From Octopus sinensis (taxonomy: Eukaryota): DNA of 10,040 bases. Location: positions 1 through 10,040 of the forward strand of contig NW_021827700.1 of assembly GCF_006345805.1 (NCBI RefSeq), given 5' to 3'. Below, in pieces: positions 8,954-10,040 of this stretch. Below the pieces are notes generated by a model. The model saw only the letters and a program-made list of their open reading frames with translations. It was not told the origin of the DNA and ran no database searches. Both the position numbers and the translations under genes were made by a program. Each line of letters opens with the position of its first letter. Position 1 is the first letter of the stretch.

Positions 8954-9140
8954 AGGCCGGTGAGCTGGTAGAATCGTTAGCATACCGGGCGAAATGCTTG
9001 CTGATATTTCACTCGTATTTACGTTATGAGTTCAAATTTGATGAGGTCGACTTTATATTTCCTCCTATGGGGATCGATAAACTATATATCAATAATCGAT
9101 CATGATAGTCTTGTACCAAAACTTGAAACTAATATTATTA
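8954..9140 (+). mobile_element. tRNA-derived SINE, octopus family B, decayed copy
   Basis: A-box-like head GGTGAGCTGGTAGAATCGTTAG, B-box-like GAGTTCAAATT (9028-9038), GAGGTCGACTTT..GGGATCGATAAA and tail CTTGTACCAAAACTTGAAAC. It resembles a recalled octopus SINE and has an inverted copy within this window. Confidence 0.75.
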
Positions 9141-9974
9141 TCCTCATTAATATTGTAATTATTATGTATGCAAGCATTACGAGATCAGATTCTTGAAGCA
9201 TACACATGTACCATATATCATGCGAGGATGAACATACGTACACACACACAGAAACACATACACAAGCACACATGTAGATATATAAAAACACACAAAGATA
9301 TAAACACTGGCGCAAAATGATATAAACGCCCGCATAAAAACGAAAGATGGAAATCAAATGAAATAAAATAAACCTCAAATTTGATTAATGCGTCTGTTGA
9401 TTACCATTGCGCCTCCTTTATAAAAACACGAGTCTTTTAATTAATGATTTTTTGTTGAGCTTCGCTAAATGAATAAATACAGAAATACATTAATGGCTCA
9501 CTAAATACAGCGAGGAAAAAAATATAGATCTAATTACACATATGGTCAAATGTATATATGTATAAATATACACGTATAAATGTTTATATGAATACACAAA
9601 CACAGACACACACACACACTTGCATATATGACGTATATATGAACGTATATATGTATACGTTATATATTGTAGGTGGAGGAGGTCGCACGCTATTTTGTAG
9701 CTGCAAATTCTTGACGAAAAGATCTCAGCTCTAGGGTATGACTTTCGTTTTTTGGGTCCAGTGGGGGTTTGTTGTTTGGTGTGCAATATTTTTTCCCAGA
9801 CAAGGAGTCCTCACTGGATTCTAGACGTTTGTCGGCTTGCAGTTGAGCATTATTTTGTCACTTAAGGTGAATTGTTTTGGTGGGCGTGACTCGACGCCAA
9901 GAGTTCGACGTGGAATTACTTTTCTTCTATAGGGGTGGGGATGTGGTAAAATGGTGAAAGAACTCCAAGTGAGA

Positions 9975-10040
9975 ATAGATCTGGCCTGCATACGGGACCC
10001 CGAATGGCCTCCGCAGATAGGTGTAGAGGCCATAAGGTAA
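9975..10040 (-). pseudogene. Probable Ty3/Gypsy reverse transcriptase fragment (PFG motif region), running off the window edge
   Basis: The reverse strand from 10040 reads LPYGLYTYLRRPFGVPYAGQIY, resembling Gypsy TPFGxYxYLRxPFGxxxA. No downstream YxDD is seen and the frame stops at ~9927. Confidence 0.45.

Noticed and set aside
9300-9480. Possible conserved regulatory block with TGATTAAT homeodomain-like sites
   Set aside because: Such motifs are common in AT-rich DNA, and conservation cannot be assessed from one sequence.

Overview
AT-rich, microsatellite-dense animal DNA, probably from an octopus; that assignment rests on my recall of abundant octopus SINE sequences, not on a database search. 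No host gene is recognisable. The main feature is a ~3.8 kb Tx1-type (L1 clade) non-LTR retrotransposon on the + strand (~2603-6385). Its ORF2 encodes an APE endonuclease, a reverse transcriptase and a C-terminal CCHC finger. The element is flanked directly on both sides by (TATC)n, which suggests targeting of the TATC/GATA microsatellite. ORF2 is broken by 11 apparent -1 frameshifts, mostly in short homopolymers and so possibly long-read errors. It also has an internal deletion removing RT motif A, a TGG>TAG stop and YADD>YAED. Downstream are a rearranged mariner remnant (N-terminus on +, catalytic core on -), three tRNA-type SINE copies (two forming an inverted pair) and a probable Ty3/Gypsy RT fragment at the right edge. 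Most short ORFs in the track are microsatellite artefacts.
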